Of a stretch of 54,300 nt of DNA, positions 51,043 through 54,300 are shown in pieces. Source of the DNA: Lama guanicoe (taxonomy: Eukaryota); contig MU053513.1 of the NCBI GenBank assembly GCA_013239625.1, positions 3,460,927-3,515,226 of the forward strand. Reading direction: 5' to 3'. The notes under the pieces are model-generated. The model worked only from the letters and a program-made list of their open reading frames with translations, was not told the origin of the DNA and did not search any database. The position numbers and the translations under genes were made by a program. Within the stretch, counting starts at the first letter, position 1. Every line of letters begins with the position of its first letter.

Positions 51043-52415
51043 AAAACAGACACACATCCAACATGTGGGCTCCACTCTTAACATAATTACCTGTCAAAGT
51101 CTCCATCTCCAAATATCCTCACACTGGGGATTAGACTTTTCACGTGAATTTTGAAGGATACAAACATACAGTCCATAGCGTCTTAAGAGATACAAATTTT
51201 CCAAAAAGACAGGAGTTGTTTTTTCTTAATTGCATGATAAAGGCAGGATCAGAAGAATGGGTATGCCTGATGTAAAAATAGAGGGATTTCCTATTACCCT
51301 CTCAGACAGAAGGTGCTCAAATATACTGGCTTCTACTTAGAAAATGGTTCTCATAATCATCTGCTAATGAATCTGCAGGGGTTAGAGGGGAGCCAAATGA
51401 AAGGGCAATGAGTGCCTTTCCATCTTTCTACTTTCAAAAGCTGCTCCCTCTGCTTTCCCTCAACGTTGATGACTCGTGCTTTGAAGAAGCGAACAGGAGA
51501 CAGACTTCAGGTCACCGACAAATGAAAGAAGTACAATTTAAGTCACTGAAAGAAATGTTAATCCTTGTTTTTATCTTCTGTCTTGAAGGCTGCTCAGAAT
51601 AAGACAGCCATCTTCAATTTCTGAAAGTGGAACACTGCATATGCAGTTTAATTCCAGGTTGTTGGGGGGCACGTTCTAAGACATAAACATCGGACTAGAG
51701 AGTGGAGAGAGGACCAGACTGGAGAGAGTGTCTTTCGTACATTCTTGTGCTACATACAGTTGGTCCTCCAGTGCTGCCAGTGAATGCCTGTGTGATGACG
51801 AGGTGGTGGGAGGAATCTGGCGGGTATCCTAACACTGGGGAAGGACGTTTGGGTCAAGGTGAGCAGTTAAGCTCAATACAGGAATCTCAGGAAACATGAC
51901 TGGACTAAAACCAGTTTTATTTGGGTTTTTCTCATTCTACATAGTGGACATTGCTGGTTGTGGAGGCTATTGAAAGGAAAAGCAGAGAGGCACTTTTCCT
52001 CCAGAAGATATGAGGCCTGGAGAGAAAAAAGAGAGCTGGATCTGAAATACAGCAAGTTATCATCTATTCTGAACTGATTCTTAACTTTAAAGTATACTAC
52101 ATTATGCTTTGTAGTCCTCTATGGGTTTTTAAAGTGTTTTCGCAAATGTTAGCTCTTTGACCACCTTAAGAGGCAAGTCAGGCAGACATCCATGTTTCAG
52201 GAGAAGAAATGAAACATGGGGAAGTTGTATTTTTTTCCAGCTTTATAGAGTTAGGAGTGACAGAGGATCCTTGATGCTGATACATCAGTGTTGTCTGCAC
52301 TCCAGTGCTTATGTAGTTCCAGAGATCACACAATTTCTCTGTTCTTAGACTTTTCATTGTTTTGGGGGAATTTTAAAGTAGCCCATCTGTGAATGGTATT
52401 CAAAAGAATGACTAT
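50313..52415 (+). repeat. Tandem duplication, copy 2 (2103 bp)
   Basis: About 99% identical to copy 1: 17 substitutions and one 4-bp TTGA indel by hand comparison. Confidence 0.97.
50854..51180 (-). mobile_element. MaLR LTR (MLT1A-like), duplicated in copy 2
   Basis: Same sequence as 48751..49077. Confidence 0.85.
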
Positions 52416-54167
52416 GTGGTCACCTTCCCCCAAATTCGATACAAGATTTCAGAGTATGGCCACCATCTTCTCTGAAATTTGGGTGCTACCTCTGCTGTTT
52501 TTTTTTTTTCAATCTTTTCCTCTTTTATGTCCTTGTGTAAGGCTGAGCAGTTTATTGCTGTACATATATCATATTTTGAGTTTATGATGGCTTTTCTGTT
52601 AATGGGTTGGCTATTATTGTGTTTCAACCCTTGTGACCCTGTGTCAGGACAACTTGGCTCTGGGATATATTGCTGAGTTGTAATTTAAAATCCGTTGGCC
52701 CTTCTCCCTGACAAGCAAACCTGAACCTATCACACTGTTGTCTTAAATAGGACGGAGGTGGGATTTCTTTTTCAGTGAACGATGGATATCTGAAAAACAG
52801 AGTATGCTTAAAATAGCTCTCCCCCACTCTGTCTCTTCTCTGCTGTCTTGAGATTGCTCACAATATGTTAAAGCATGATGTAAAGTGAAAAAACGATCTT
52901 CCCCCACGTTTCTGTGGTGCTATTTTAACTTATACCTCTCAGCTACTTCATTTTTTGAGTCTTTTTGACCCAAATTATTTTATCCTAAGCAGCCTTCTTG
53001 TAGCTTAACATTGCCATTTGAAATTCTCAGTATTTTCTTTCTCCTTCTCTCCACCCTGCCTCCTTCCTTCCTTTTCTCACTCTCCGTTTATACTATTTTT
53101 TATCCATTCATCTGCCCATTGATCAATTCACGCATTCATCCATCCATCTCTCTCTTACTAATAGGAAGCCCATGTTTAGCATGCATGGTAGCCAAAGCAG
53201 TCACAATTTCAGAATTTGAAGTCTGAAAGTATTCTTAAATTGAGCACAGTTAAGTGAATTTGGAGTTGATCTGCTCACTTCAGTTTTGACAGTGTTTTAT
53301 CATAATATTATTATCTTTTGAGTATGATTATATAACCAAGCATCACAATTTATGGGACTTTATGTGGTATCAGAAAGTAAGAAGTCTTTACTTAAGAGAT
53401 TGAAAATTAAAGTCAGTTCGTGGTATAGATAAAATTGGCTTTCTGTGTCTATCCAGGTATGTTTCAGTAACAGACCTTTATGATTTCAGTGACTGTGCCA
53501 TTTCAGTATCCATCCAGTCTCAGGATGGAGCCAGCCCTGCTGGCATCATGAGCCTCAGTTTTGACACTCTCGTCGACTGCCCCAAGGTGATCTCACAGTC
53601 TAGTCCCTGAAGGAGAATGACAGGTGGCTAGGAAATTTTCTTTTAGCAATTCAACTTGACTTCCTACGAGAAAACTCTTAACCTCCGCATTTTCATCTTA
53701 CAAAAGGCATCACAAGGAATTTAGGTAACTCAGAGCTGAGTGGCTGGAGAGTTATTACATGATAAGGATATACTATTTAGGAGATGATGGTCAGAGACAT
53801 GTAAATGAAAGGAAGAAAGCATCGCTCAGTCTCTCTTTTTGTGTAGAATACTGCATGTTTTTCAATATATCATAGGTTTTTCTATGTTTTACTATTGAGA
53901 CTTTTGCGTGTGTGTTGGGGGAAGGGTACAAATAATAATGTAGTGAATCCAGAATTTCTTACTTTGAGCCAAGGAATGTATGTTATGTGGGTGGTCTCAC
54001 ACTTAGTGCTAAATTTATCTTTATTGTCTTTGTTGAAATGTTATGAGAAAAGAAAAAAAATTACAGATATGTATATCCAGAGCTACAACCCCAAAGGCCT
54101 GTTTGTGGGCTCAAATTTTTAAAAAAATGCTTGTAATGAAATAATTTTTACAAATCTTTAAAATACC

Positions 54168-54300
54168 TTAAACAGCTTTATTGAGGTACACTTTACATTT
54201 AATTTAATTCTCTTTAAAGCATATAATTCAGTGGTTTTTAGCATATGTACAGGGTTGTGAGACCATCACTATAATCTTAATTTTAGAACATTTTTTTTTT
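54168..54300 (-). mobile_element. L1MB-type 3' end, continuing beyond the window
   Basis: aacagctttattgaggtaca...tataattcagtggtttttagcatatgtacagggttgtg. Confidence 0.8.

Noticed and set aside
48134..52348. Repeated identical ORFs suggesting a duplicated gene or array
   Set aside because: They are short chance ORFs copied by the tandem duplication, partly inside an MLT1 LTR and a microsatellite.
1..54300. CRISPR array, operon or other prokaryote-type system
   Set aside because: No repeat-spacer periodicity and no long ORFs; the content is mammalian interspersed repeats.

Overview
Mammalian genomic DNA, most likely camelid. The evidence is a young L1 3' end of the camelid type at 40.5-40.7 kb and a Vic-1-like tRNA-SINE 3' fragment at 29.4 kb. 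The window is intergenic or deep intronic: I can support no intact protein-coding exon, and the ORF track is explained by repeats or chance. It is mostly transposon fossils: L1 of several ages, L2, MIR, CR1-like, ERVL/MaLR LTRs, hAT and Tigger MITEs. Family names are by-eye recognition, not database hits. I found no new multi-gene system. The notable signals are mechanistic: (1) a near-identical 2.1-kb tandem duplication whose few differences sit in one 225-bp, strongly GC-biased patch; (2) an L1 with an intact 5' end but most of ORF2 deleted; (3) a short LTR-like U3-R sequence ending in poly(A); (4) a 70-bp inverted copy of nearby sequence inserted into an L1; (5) an L1 with a 24-nt 3' transduction; (6) an old U6 retrocopy abutting an L2 3' end.
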